This document shows positions 1 to 8,376 of a stretch of DNA of 57,523 nucleotides, in pieces. Source of the stretch: an uncultured Gammaproteobacteria bacterium (GTDB taxonomy: Bacteria > Patescibacteriota > Patescibacteriia > 2-12-FULL-60-25); the NCBI GenBank assembly GCA_964595075.1, contig CAZQNT010000003.1, positions 7,666 through 65,188 on the forward strand, given 5' to 3'. The stretch's first letter is position 1; every line of letters begins with the position of its first letter. Made by a program: the position numbers and the translations under genes. The notes beneath the pieces are model-generated. The model did no database searches, was not told the DNA's origin, and saw only the letters and a list, made by a program, of their open reading frames with translations.

Positions 1-13
1 TTTCTTTGATTTT

Positions 14-751
14 TTAACCGTTCGCGCCCACGATTATTCGTTTGTAGCGTTCGTCGGTCGTTACGATTTTCGCCTGAATGAATCTTGCACCTCCTTCGCG
101 TTCTTCGATTTCTTCAACAACGACCTTCGTGGAGTAAGGCAATTCTTGTTCAAGCGCGATAAAAACTTTTTCACGAATAATTTCCTCGATCCATTCTTTG
201 TGCGGAACGTCCGTTATTTGCATTTCAGGGTAATGCGCGACGCCTTCCGGGATTATTCCGAAAATAATATCCACGAGCCGGTTGAGATCTTTGGATTTCA
301 GAGCGGAAATTTCCAATGTCGCGACTTGTCCCACATCAACATCCGAAAAAGTTTTGGAAAACTGCCGATCTTTTGGATGAAGGTCGCTTTTATTTATAAC
401 GGCAATTATCGGAACTCGTGTGGCGCGTAGCAAAGTCTGAATCATTTCTTCTTCCAATCCAGGCTCGCGCGACGGATCCATAACATAAACGATCGCGTCA
501 ACTCCTTCGAGAGTTTCTTTTACGAATTGATTTAGGCGTTTTGAAATGAAATCTTTTCTACCGAGAAAAACTCCCGGAGTATCCACGAACACAATTTGTC
601 CGCGAGGATCATGTAAAATTCCGCGGACAGGATGCCGCGTTGTCTGTGGCTTTGGAGTAACGATTGCGACTTTTGATCCAACGAGCGCGTTTAAGAGCGT
701 GGATTTCCCCACGTTTGATCGGCCTGCAAGCATTACGAAAGCGGATTTCAT
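14..751 (-). CDS. era: GTPase Era; ORF closed by an in-frame TAA inside the KH domain
   Basis: G1 GRSNVGKST, G3 DTPG, G4 NKSD. Ends ...RIIVGANG* where the Era KH motif GxxG-x-KIK is expected. Confidence 0.85.
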   Translation of the reverse strand: MKSAFVMLAGRSNVGKSTLLNALVGSKVAIVTPKPQTTRHPVRGILHDPRGQIVFVDTPGVFLGRKDFISKRLNQFVKETLEGVDAIVYVMDPSREPGLEEEMIQTLLRATRVPIIAVINKSDLHPKDRQFSKTFSDVDVGQVATLEISALKSKDLNRLVDIIFGIIPEGVAHYPEMQITDVPHKEWIEEIIREKVFIALEQELPYSTKVVVEEIEEREGGARFIQAKIVTTDERYKRIIVGANG

Positions 752-763
752 AAACTTAGTATA

Positions 764-2101
764 TCAGTCCTTCAACTTAAGCATAGATACGACTTCAACG
801 TGCGGCGTTTGCGGAAATAGGTCGAGCGCTTGAGTTGACTCGAGGTCGTAGTAGGGGAGGAAGTCGCGAAGTTCTTGGACGAATCTGCGAAAGTTGCATG
901 AGACGTAGACTATGCGTTTCGGTTTCATCTCCAAGAGGGTTTTTATTACGCGCGGATGAAGGCCGGAACGAGGCGGGTCTATTATCACAGCATCCGCTTT
1001 TTCATTTTTCCACGACAAGTCTTCCGCGGGTCCGGATACGAAATTGCAACGATCCGCTACGCCGTTTACGGTCGCGTTGTGTTTTGCGAGATCGATAGCT
1101 TCGGCGTCGAGTTCATATCCCATTACGCGAATATTTGGATTTTGTTTGGCGAGCGCGATGCCGAAGAAACCGAGGCCGCAATAGAGATCTAGAATAGTTT
1201 GTAGTGAGTAGTTGGTAGTGAGTAGCGACAAAACCACGTCTTGCAATTTGGCGGCCATGCCGGTGTTGGTTTGGAAGAAGGAATTTGGCGCGATTCGATA
1301 TCTGATTCCGTTCACTTCTTCTTCAAGCCATGGATTGCCGTGAAGAGGCAGAACGGTATTTACAAACGAGATGTCCGTTACAAGCGGTTGTTCGCCGAGC
1401 AAAAGCGAGGTGCAATGCGGCGAAAGCACTTCGCGGATTTTTTCGCGGCAAGCGTCGTCGATTTTTTTCAGATCCGACACCACGAGCATAACAAGTCTCT
1501 CCGACGTATTTTTACCGAGTCTTATAACGACGTAGCGAAGTAATCCGTTTTGCGAACGCGCGTCCCATGGTTCGAGTTTTAATTGCAGCATTAGATCTCT
1601 AACGCGCTCCAATATCTTCGGAGTTTCTTCATCAAGCAAAAGACAGGTTGAAAGATCTAGATAACGGTTCCATGATCCGTATTCTTTCAAGCCGATTTTT
1701 CCATCCCAACTAACGCAGTAGTCCATGCGGTTTCTATAATGCAGGGGAGTAACCCCCTCGGTCCCACTTACTCTAAGGGGGATGTTTTCAAAATGTCCGG
1801 CCTGTTCGAATGCTTGATTTATCATTTCCAATTTCAGACGAAGTTGCGCCTTATAGGAGATGTGTTGCCAAAGGCAACCTCCGCAAACGCCGGCATGAGG
1901 GCAAGGAGTGGAAACGCGATCCGGTCCCGGCTGCAAAACTTCTTCGAGTCGCAAAACTTTCTTTCCTTTGTCGCGTTTTACGAAGGTCGCGGAGACTTCG
2001 TCACCGATCGTGGTAAACGGTACGACAAACCCGTTCCAGGCGCCGCGTCCCTTTTCGTCGAAGTGCTCTATAGTCCCGTTTGTTTTATTTCCGTATTTCA
2101 T
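764..2101 (-). CDS. 23S rRNA (uracil-C5)-methyltransferase, RlmD/RumA family
   Basis: 445 aa; TRAM-like N-terminus, Cys cluster CPHAGVCGGC, SAM motif LDLYCGLGFFG, DPPRSG, catalytic YVSCN. Confidence 0.85.
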   Translation of the reverse strand: MKYGNKTNGTIEHFDEKGRGAWNGFVVPFTTIGDEVSATFVKRDKGKKVLRLEEVLQPGPDRVSTPCPHAGVCGGCLWQHISYKAQLRLKLEMINQAFEQAGHFENIPLRVSGTEGVTPLHYRNRMDYCVSWDGKIGLKEYGSWNRYLDLSTCLLLDEETPKILERVRDLMLQLKLEPWDARSQNGLLRYVVIRLGKNTSERLVMLVVSDLKKIDDACREKIREVLSPHCTSLLLGEQPLVTDISFVNTVLPLHGNPWLEEEVNGIRYRIAPNSFFQTNTGMAAKLQDVVLSLLTTNYSLQTILDLYCGLGFFGIALAKQNPNIRVMGYELDAEAIDLAKHNATVNGVADRCNFVSGPAEDLSWKNEKADAVIIDPPRSGLHPRVIKTLLEMKPKRIVYVSCNFRRFVQELRDFLPYYDLESTQALDLFPQTPHVEVVSMLKLKD

Positions 2102-2128
2102 TACTCGAGCCAGTTGTAATAATTCATC

Positions 2129-2213
2129 CGTGTCATTCCTGTGAAAACAGGAATCCAGGAATAAAGGAAATATTCACTTTGTATCCTGGATCCCAGCCTC
2201 CGCTGGGATGACG
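2129..2213. repeat. Family C structured repeat (GTGTCATTCC..GGAATCCAG..CTGGATCC..GGGATGAC), copy 1 of 3
   Basis: 85 bp with nested inverted repeats; homologous copies at 21951-22032 and 25115-25212. Confidence 0.85.
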
Positions 2214-2282
2214 AAAATGGTTGTTGGCAGGCGATTCATCGAGGTTAGCAAAAAACCGCATATTTTGCTATGCTTACACACG

Positions 2283-2759
2283 ATGTCCGCAAAACGGCTT
2301 CCTATATTGGATGTAATCGCCCACGATATTCGTTCGCGCGAAAATGTCGGGGCGCTTCTTCGTACATGCGAATTTTTAGGCGCGCACAAAGTGTGGTTTA
2401 CGGGGTATACGCCGTCGCCGCCCGATTCGCGAATCGAGAAGGTTTCGCTTGGCGCGGAGCGTGATGTTTTGTGGGAAAAACAACCTGACGTTATGCACGT
2501 ACTAACGTCTCTCAAGAAAAAGCGTTTTCGTCTGGTGGGATTGGAGCTTGCGGATGACGCGGCGGAGTTGGCATCATATCAACCGCCTGATCGCATAGCG
2601 TTACTTTTGGGAAACGAGGTGACAGGAATTACATCGACGCTTCTTGCGCGATGTGATGATCGGATCGAGATAGCGCGGCGTGGGAAAAAAGAATCGTTGA
2701 ACGTCTCGATCGCTGCGGGAATAGCCATACATTGGATGTTATGCCAAAAGTCTCGATAA
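2283..2759 (+). CDS. SpoU/TrmH-family RNA 2'-O-methyltransferase
   Basis: Track ORF 2208-2759. Start moved to ATG 2283 because the upstream part translates the family C repeat. Motifs NVGALLRT, LLLGNEVTGI, ESLNVSIAAGIA. Confidence 0.8.
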   Translation: MSAKRLPILDVIAHDIRSRENVGALLRTCEFLGAHKVWFTGYTPSPPDSRIEKVSLGAERDVLWEKQPDVMHVLTSLKKKRFRLVGLELADDAAELASYQPPDRIALLLGNEVTGITSTLLARCDDRIEIARRGKKESLNVSIAAGIAIHWMLCQKSR

Positions 2760-3457
2760 TCATTCCGACGAAAAACGAGGAACAGCATCTCCCGAAACTT
2801 CTTGAAACCATCAAGGCGCAGACTTTGAGTGATTTTGAAATCATCGTAGCGGACGCAAAGTCCACGGACAAAACGCGAGAAGTCGCTTTGGCACACGGGG
2901 CAAAAGTTGTCGAAGGAGGACTTCCGGGTCCGGGTAGAAATGCTGGAGCTGTCACAGCGACCGGAGACGTTCTTGTTTTTTTGGATGCGGACGTTCTTTT
3001 GCCGTCGACGAGATATCTTCAGGAATGTTTGAGCGAAATGGATCGTAAAGGATTTGACGTCGCGACGTGTAACGTAAAGCCGCTAAGCCGAAAACCGATA
3101 GATCGCGCGTTGCACGAGGCGTATAATGCGTTCGCGCTTGCAACGGAAAAAATTCGTCCGCACGCGCCGGGATTTTGTATTCTGGTACGTAGACATGCGC
3201 ACGAAAGTATAAAGGGTTTTGACGAGGACGTGGTATTCGGTGAGGATCACGATTACGTTCAACGCGCGGCGAAAGAGGGCAGTAGTTTCGGAATACTGCG
3301 TTCGCATCCTATTCGGGTTTCCGTGCGAAGATTGGAAAAGGACGGTCGTCTCGGAACGGCGTTGAAATACATGTTCGGAGAATTGAGAATGTTGACGAAG
3401 GGGTCGTTTAAGGATTTGCCGTTTGATTATGAAATGGGAGGAGAAGATGATAAGTAA
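2732..3457 (+). CDS. Family 2 glycosyltransferase
   Basis: SIIIPTKNEE N-terminus and FLDADV DxD-type motif typical of GT2; start could be ATG 2741. Confidence 0.8.
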   Translation: MDVMPKVSIIIPTKNEEQHLPKLLETIKAQTLSDFEIIVADAKSTDKTREVALAHGAKVVEGGLPGPGRNAGAVTATGDVLVFLDADVLLPSTRYLQECLSEMDRKGFDVATCNVKPLSRKPIDRALHEAYNAFALATEKIRPHAPGFCILVRRHAHESIKGFDEDVVFGEDHDYVQRAAKEGSSFGILRSHPIRVSVRRLEKDGRLGTALKYMFGELRMLTKGSFKDLPFDYEMGGEDDK

Positions 3458-3543
3458 TTTATTTTTTATAGAGCGAATAACTCCCCCGATTGCTATCGGG
3501 GTCGGACAATTCGCGCTAAAAAAATAAATTACTTATCATCTTC
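3443..3543. repeat. 101-bp palindromic element overlapping the GT2 stop codon
   Basis: Arms GAAGATGATAAGTAATTTATTTTTT (3443-3468) and their reverse complement (3527-3543 region), one extra A. Inner hairpin CCCCGATtgctATCGGGG. Confidence 0.8.
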
Positions 3544-3561
3544 TTGAGCTAAACTAGCGGT

Positions 3562-5187
3562 ATGAAGTTATTTTTTTCTAGGTTGTGGCATAGCGAGACT
3601 AGCGGACTGACGGCCGCTGCTTTGATTGTTGGGATGGCTTCGCTTGCTTCGCGCGTAATCGGCGTTTTGCGCGACCGTATTTTTGCTTCGCAATTTGGCG
3701 CAGGGGATGTTCTGGACGTGTATTACGCAGCGTTTCGTCTTCCGGATTTGCTTTACACTTTGATAATTCTCGGCGCTTTGTCAGCGGGATTCATTCCGGT
3801 TTTTGCGGAATACATGGAAAAGAGGAGTAAAGATGAGGCGTGGCGTCTTGCGGAACGGGTGTTGTCCGTTGTCGGCGCAACGATGATGGTTGTGTGCGCG
3901 GCGCTCGTTTTATTATCGCGAGTATTGGTACCGTTCGCAGTTCCCGGTTTTTCAGGAGATAAACTTGAGGCGACGATTCAGCTCACTCGGATAATGGCGC
4001 TATCTCCGTTTTTTCTTGGACTTTCTGCCGTAATGGGAGGAGTTCTTCAGGCGACGAGACACTTTTTTGCGTTTGCCATGGCGCCTGTTTTTTACAATGT
4101 CGGAATTATTTTCGGAGCTCTCGTACTGTCGCCGGTAATGGGCGTGCAGGGTCTGGCGTGGGGAGTCGTGCTCGGATCGTTTTTGCATCTTGTTACGCAA
4201 GCGACCGTGGCGCTAAGGCTCGGTCTGCGTCGAATCCCGGCGCCTTCATTCAAGACGGAAGGAGTGAAACGTATTTTGTGGCTAATGGCGCCGCGGACTG
4301 CAGGACTAGCCGTTTCGCAGGTTAATACGGTCGTACTTCTCGGCTTGGCATCGACTTTGCCGCAGGGCTCAATCGCGGTTTTCAATCTCGCGAACAACCT
4401 ACAATCGTTTCCGGTTGGGATTTTCGGAATCGCCTTCGCGGTCGCCGCTTTTCCGAGTCTTGCGATAGCCGCAGGTTCGAAGGATGACGGAGGGTTTATG
4501 AGTATCATTTCATCCGCCTCAAGAAAAATCGCTTTCCTCATCCTCCCGTCGATCGCTATATTTTTTCTTTTGCGCGCGCAGATCGTCCGTCTCGTCCTTG
4601 GAGCAGGAGTTTTTTCATGGAACGACACGATTCGAACGGCGGACGTACTCGGCATTTTTACTTTTTCTTTGGCGTTTCAAGCGCTGACTCCGTTATTCGC
4701 TCGCGCTTTTTATGCTTTGCAGGATACGTGGACTCCGCTAGTCATCGGAGTATTAACAGAAGCTTTCAACTTGATTCTTGCTCTCACGTTACGCGGGCCA
4801 TTTGGAATTCTCGGTTTGGCAATGGCATTCAGCGCGGCATCGTTACTGAATTTACTTCTTCTTTGGTGGTTTCTATATTACAAAAAAGGTCCGGTTTCCG
4901 ATGGAAAAGTTTTGTCTTCTTTTATGAAGACTGCGGCAGCGAGCGTCGCTTTGTTCGGATTCGGATGGCCGGTTCGCCAGGCGCTCGGTACGATTTTTCA
5001 ACTTAGAACCTTTTGGCAGGTTGCGTTGCAGATGACAGGGACGATCATCGTGGGCTTTTTGGCATTTTTCACGATCGCATATCTCATAAGGTCCGAAGAG
5101 CTGCGAGATTTGACGGAATCGATTCGAAAGAGGTTGTTTAAGAACGTACGCAAGATCGAGGGAGCGGATGAAGCGCAGGGCGTGTGA
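3562..5187 (+). CDS. murJ: Lipid II flippase MurJ/MviN
   Basis: 541 aa polytopic membrane protein with MviN-like N-terminus (LASRVIGVLRDRIFASQFGAG..DVYYAAFRLP). Confidence 0.85.
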   Translation: MKLFFSRLWHSETSGLTAAALIVGMASLASRVIGVLRDRIFASQFGAGDVLDVYYAAFRLPDLLYTLIILGALSAGFIPVFAEYMEKRSKDEAWRLAERVLSVVGATMMVVCAALVLLSRVLVPFAVPGFSGDKLEATIQLTRIMALSPFFLGLSAVMGGVLQATRHFFAFAMAPVFYNVGIIFGALVLSPVMGVQGLAWGVVLGSFLHLVTQATVALRLGLRRIPAPSFKTEGVKRILWLMAPRTAGLAVSQVNTVVLLGLASTLPQGSIAVFNLANNLQSFPVGIFGIAFAVAAFPSLAIAAGSKDDGGFMSIISSASRKIAFLILPSIAIFFLLRAQIVRLVLGAGVFSWNDTIRTADVLGIFTFSLAFQALTPLFARAFYALQDTWTPLVIGVLTEAFNLILALTLRGPFGILGLAMAFSAASLLNLLLLWWFLYYKKGPVSDGKVLSSFMKTAAASVALFGFGWPVRQALGTIFQLRTFWQVALQMTGTIIVGFLAFFTIAYLIRSEELRDLTESIRKRLFKNVRKIEGADEAQGV

Positions 5188-5206
5188 GTCGACATCGTCG
5201 GCCGTC

Positions 5207-5289
5207 GCATTATGAAATATGACTTATCTCGCTGCGGAACTCGCTTCGCTCAAACAGTCCTCGCTGCGATAAGTCATATTTCATAATGC
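5207..5289. repeat. Family D palindromic repeat, copy 1 of 2
   Basis: Perfect 22-bp terminal inverted repeats GCATTATGAAATATGACTTATC; inner direct CTCGCTGCG x2; second copy at 21446-21536. Confidence 0.85.
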
Positions 5290-5344
5290 GATGTCTGCAC
5301 GGTCCATTGCAAGAACCGATTTTTTCAGGCAGCATGTTCATCAC

Positions 5345-7150
5345 ATGGACCAGCATCACATCCGGAATTTCTGCATAATCGCGCACATCGATCATGGCAA
5401 GTCCACTTTAGCGGATCGACTTTTGGAAATTACCGGTACTGTCGAGAAAAGAAAAATGAAAGAGCAGCTGCTCGATACCATGGATCTTGAACGCGAGCGG
5501 GGGATTACTATCAAGTTGCAGCCGGCGAGAATGAAGTATGTTTGCGATGGAACGGAGTATCAGTTGAATCTCATTGATACTCCTGGCCACGTTGATTTTG
5601 GATACGAAGTGTCGCGATCTCTCGCGGCTGTCGAGGGCGCGCTCCTTCTCGTTGACGCGACGCAGGGAGTGCAGGCGCAAACCATAGCGAATCTTTATCT
5701 CGCAATCGAGCAAAATCTCTCCATAATTCCGGTGTTGAACAAAATCGATTTGCCGAACGCGGAAGTCGAACGGCGCGCGGAAGAGTTGATGCGGCTTATC
5801 GGATGCAAGCGCGAAGAAATTATTTTGGCGTCAGGAAAAACAGGTGAAGGCGTCGATGAGATTTTACGGCGTATCGTGACGGATGTTCCGGCTCCGCGAG
5901 GGGAATTTGATAAGCCGTTTCGCGCATTGATTTTTGATTCCAAATACGACGGATATAAAGGCGTTGTGGCATACGTTCGGGTAGTTGACGGAACGGTATT
6001 GAAAAATGAAAAAATAAAATTTTTGGCAACCGCGGCGGACGGCGACGTTTTGGATACGGGATATCTCAATCCCGGATATGTGGCCGCCGATCGTTTAAGT
6101 GCCGGTGAAATTGGATACATCGTTACTGGATTGAAAGACATTTCCACCGTTAGGGTAGGAGATACCGTAGCGAATCGAGAGCGCGCGCCGGAAACCGTTT
6201 CACTTCCAGGTTACAAAGAAGTGAAACCAATGGTTTACGCTGGAATTTTTCCTCGCGAAGGTAATGAGTATGAGAGATTGCGCGACGCGGTTATGAAACT
6301 TCGTCTATCTGACGCGGCGCTAACTGCGGAGCCGGAACATTCGGTGGCGCTCGGTTTTGGTTTTCGTTGCGGTTTGCTTGGGATGCTTCACCTTGAAATC
6401 GTGCAAGAGAGATTGCGCCGCGAACACAACATGGAGGTCGTGGTTACAACGCCATCCGTCGCGTATGAGGTGACGCGGACGAACGGGGAAGATGAAGTCA
6501 TAAAGTCGCCGCTCGCATTTCCTGAACCGTCGCATCTTAAAGAGGCGCGAGAACCGTGGGTCGCGGTTGACATCGTTTGTCCTTCGGACTACATGGGAAA
6601 CGTTATGCAGCTCGTTCAAGACAGGCGCGGAGAATTTAAGACCACGGATTATTACGATCCGACGCGCGCGGTATTGCATTACGATATGCCTCTCTCCTCC
6701 GTTATCGTGGATTTTCACGATAAACTTAAAAGTGTCACGGCCGGATACGCGTCGTTGAATTATGAATTGATCGGATATCGTCCGGCGCCGATCGTGCTTA
6801 TGGATATCATGGTTGCAGATGAGGCGGTTCCGGCGTTCGCGACTCTTATCCATACGGACGAAGCATATCGCCGCGGAAAAGAAATCGTCGAGACGCTGAA
6901 AGACGCTCTGCCGCGGCAGCAATTCGTGGTAAAGTTGCAGGCGTCGATCGGCGCGAAGATTATAGCGTCCGAGCGTATCTCCGCGTTCCGCAAAGACGTG
7001 ACGGGATATCTATACGGAGGCGACGTTACGCGCAAGATGAAATTGCTGGAGAAACAGAAGAAAGGAAAAAAGAGAATGCTCGCGCACGGCAAGGGATCCG
7101 TGGAAATCCCGCCGGAAGCGTTTATAAAAGTCTTAAAGAGGAACAACTAA
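5345..7150 (+). CDS. lepA: Elongation factor 4 (LepA)
   Basis: IRNFCIIAHIDHGKSTL, DTPGH, NKID, LepA C-terminal domain. Start set at ATG 5345; upstream ORF part overlaps the family D repeat. Confidence 0.95.
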   Translation: MDQHHIRNFCIIAHIDHGKSTLADRLLEITGTVEKRKMKEQLLDTMDLERERGITIKLQPARMKYVCDGTEYQLNLIDTPGHVDFGYEVSRSLAAVEGALLLVDATQGVQAQTIANLYLAIEQNLSIIPVLNKIDLPNAEVERRAEELMRLIGCKREEIILASGKTGEGVDEILRRIVTDVPAPRGEFDKPFRALIFDSKYDGYKGVVAYVRVVDGTVLKNEKIKFLATAADGDVLDTGYLNPGYVAADRLSAGEIGYIVTGLKDISTVRVGDTVANRERAPETVSLPGYKEVKPMVYAGIFPREGNEYERLRDAVMKLRLSDAALTAEPEHSVALGFGFRCGLLGMLHLEIVQERLRREHNMEVVVTTPSVAYEVTRTNGEDEVIKSPLAFPEPSHLKEAREPWVAVDIVCPSDYMGNVMQLVQDRRGEFKTTDYYDPTRAVLHYDMPLSSVIVDFHDKLKSVTAGYASLNYELIGYRPAPIVLMDIMVADEAVPAFATLIHTDEAYRRGKEIVETLKDALPRQQFVVKLQASIGAKIIASERISAFRKDVTGYLYGGDVTRKMKLLEKQKKGKKRMLAHGKGSVEIPPEAFIKVLKRNN

Positions 7151-7190
7151 GATTATACTATTCTTCGCGGCCGCGAAGAATAGTATAATC
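7151..7190. repeat. Perfect 40-bp palindrome directly after the lepA stop (possible bidirectional terminator)
   Basis: GATTATACTATTCTTCGCGG/CCGCGAAGAATAGTATAATC; no U-tract follows. Confidence 0.6.
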
Positions 7191-7202
7191 TTGAAAAATG
7201 AT

Positions 7203-7301
7203 ATGAAGCAAAAAGTTACACAAAAAATTTGGAAATGGCTCGTAGGATTTGTTGCTGTGGCGATGATATTGTCGCTGTTCTTGCCGTTTATATCTTACTA
7301 G
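7203..7301 (+). CDS. Possible 32-aa single-pass membrane micro-protein
   Basis: ATG..TAG reads MKQKVTQKIWKWLVGFVAVAMILSLFLPFISY; below the ORF-track cut-off; no homology support. Confidence 0.3.
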   Translation: MKQKVTQKIWKWLVGFVAVAMILSLFLPFISY

Positions 7302-7303
7302 TG

Positions 7304-7347
7304 TGTGGATAACGTACCAGGTACGTACCTGGTACCTAGAATGCTCG
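7304..7347 (+). repeat. REP-like element copy 1 (TGTGGATAAC + GTACCAGGTACGTACCTGGTAC + CTAGAATGCTCG)
   Basis: 44 bp identical to 8377-8420; palindrome core 7314-7335. Confidence 0.9.
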
Positions 7348-7357
7348 GTATTTGGCA

Positions 7358-7386
7358 TTTACATAAATCATGCGCTTTCGTATAAT
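7358..7386 (+). promoter_or_regulatory. Near-consensus sigma70-type promoter TTTACA-17-TATAAT
   Basis: TTTACA 7358-7363, 17-nt spacer, TATAAT 7381-7386, 38 nt upstream of ATG 7425. Confidence 0.45.
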
Positions 7387-7424
7387 CTGTGTAGCACAAA
7401 GTTAATTATGATATTTCATAAATT

Positions 7425-8375
7425 ATGAATCCTTTTCTTGAAATACCAAAAGCAACTGTAGCTACTTCAGACAAAAAGAAGCCAGGGTTGATGATCGAAA
7501 AGATGACTGAGCTGATAACGATAGAGCGTGCTATTGAAATATTGGGACGTGAGAACGTCCATGGCATAGATGATATTCAGTATGCCCTAGGTAAAGACTT
7601 CGTTGATAAAAAGAAGGCACCTCCTTTTCCATATACAGAAAAAGACATGCAGTTTCTTAAAGAATTAAAGGAACAAGGAGTTAACGTAATGGTTATGTTA
7701 ACTGTCGCTGAGAAGGATGGAACACCGTTAAAAGCTACACGTGTTTACGATTTGATTTCGTCTCGATACCAGGAACTGGGTTTAGGTAAGTTGTTGAAAG
7801 ATGAAAGCGCTACGTTGCTCTCTGATACCCCATCACGCGATGTTCCCGAGCTGACATATGGATGGAGTGCGATAACTACCTCCTGTCTTCCTGAAACAAT
7901 GACTCCCGACAAACCCGGATCATATTTTCAACCCCATGCTTTTCAAAAAAAGGCTATCGAGGGCGTGGCATTTAAAAGTGGCTACTATGCCTTCGCAGGT
8001 CGCTCTAGGGGCGCACCCAGATATATGGGGGGGATTGCACGAGCATCGTTTACGGATATGCTTTACGGTGTAGGTATTGATCGTATCGCGTCGCATAGAC
8101 TCAACCCTGGCCACGAACGCGCGTTATTAAAGACGCAATTTCACTTAAGCGATGCAACTGAAGTATCATATGTAAGTCTAGGTTTAGGGAAAATGGATCC
8201 TGAATCCGGAGGATTTATTTGTAAGTCGCGAATTAACTCGCGAGGAGGAGAGGTAATCTGGATGGAAAAAGTAGGCGCGTGCGTTCGAATCAAGCCACTC
8301 TCATCAATTGGATTAAAAGAACCAAATCCACCGCCAGAACCCCACCAATTATTTGGCCATAAATTCTATACATGA
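7425..8375 (+). CDS. Hypothetical protein (316 aa) bracketed by identical REP copies
   Basis: Long ORF with its own promoter-like signal; no motif recognised. Confidence 0.6.
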   Translation: MNPFLEIPKATVATSDKKKPGLMIEKMTELITIERAIEILGRENVHGIDDIQYALGKDFVDKKKAPPFPYTEKDMQFLKELKEQGVNVMVMLTVAEKDGTPLKATRVYDLISSRYQELGLGKLLKDESATLLSDTPSRDVPELTYGWSAITTSCLPETMTPDKPGSYFQPHAFQKKAIEGVAFKSGYYAFAGRSRGAPRYMGGIARASFTDMLYGVGIDRIASHRLNPGHERALLKTQFHLSDATEVSYVSLGLGKMDPESGGFICKSRINSRGGEVIWMEKVGACVRIKPLSSIGLKEPNPPPEPHQLFGHKFYT

Positions 8376-8376
8376 T

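Noticed and set aside
4092-4655. 187-aa antisense ORF within murJ, and similar ones in recJ (9150-9518, 9737-10186, 10032-10430), the ABC gene (10915-11487, 12172-12669) and lepA (5695-6147, 6320-6922)
   Set aside because: All are fully overlapped by strongly supported genes on the other strand, and their translations are low-complexity and Arg/Ser-rich.
5210-5395. Track ORFs that mainly translate repeats: 5210-5395, 21453-21914, 2174-2515, 7158-7358, 8939-9367, 27821-28114, 28002-28451, 41335-41571, 42273-42584, 57006-57287, 57015-57203
   Set aside because: Their only conserved parts are the peptides produced by repeat families (YQVRTWY, SQRGLxERSEFRSEIS, VIPAEAGIQ, GRENPAPT). They also overlap real genes or the tRNA.
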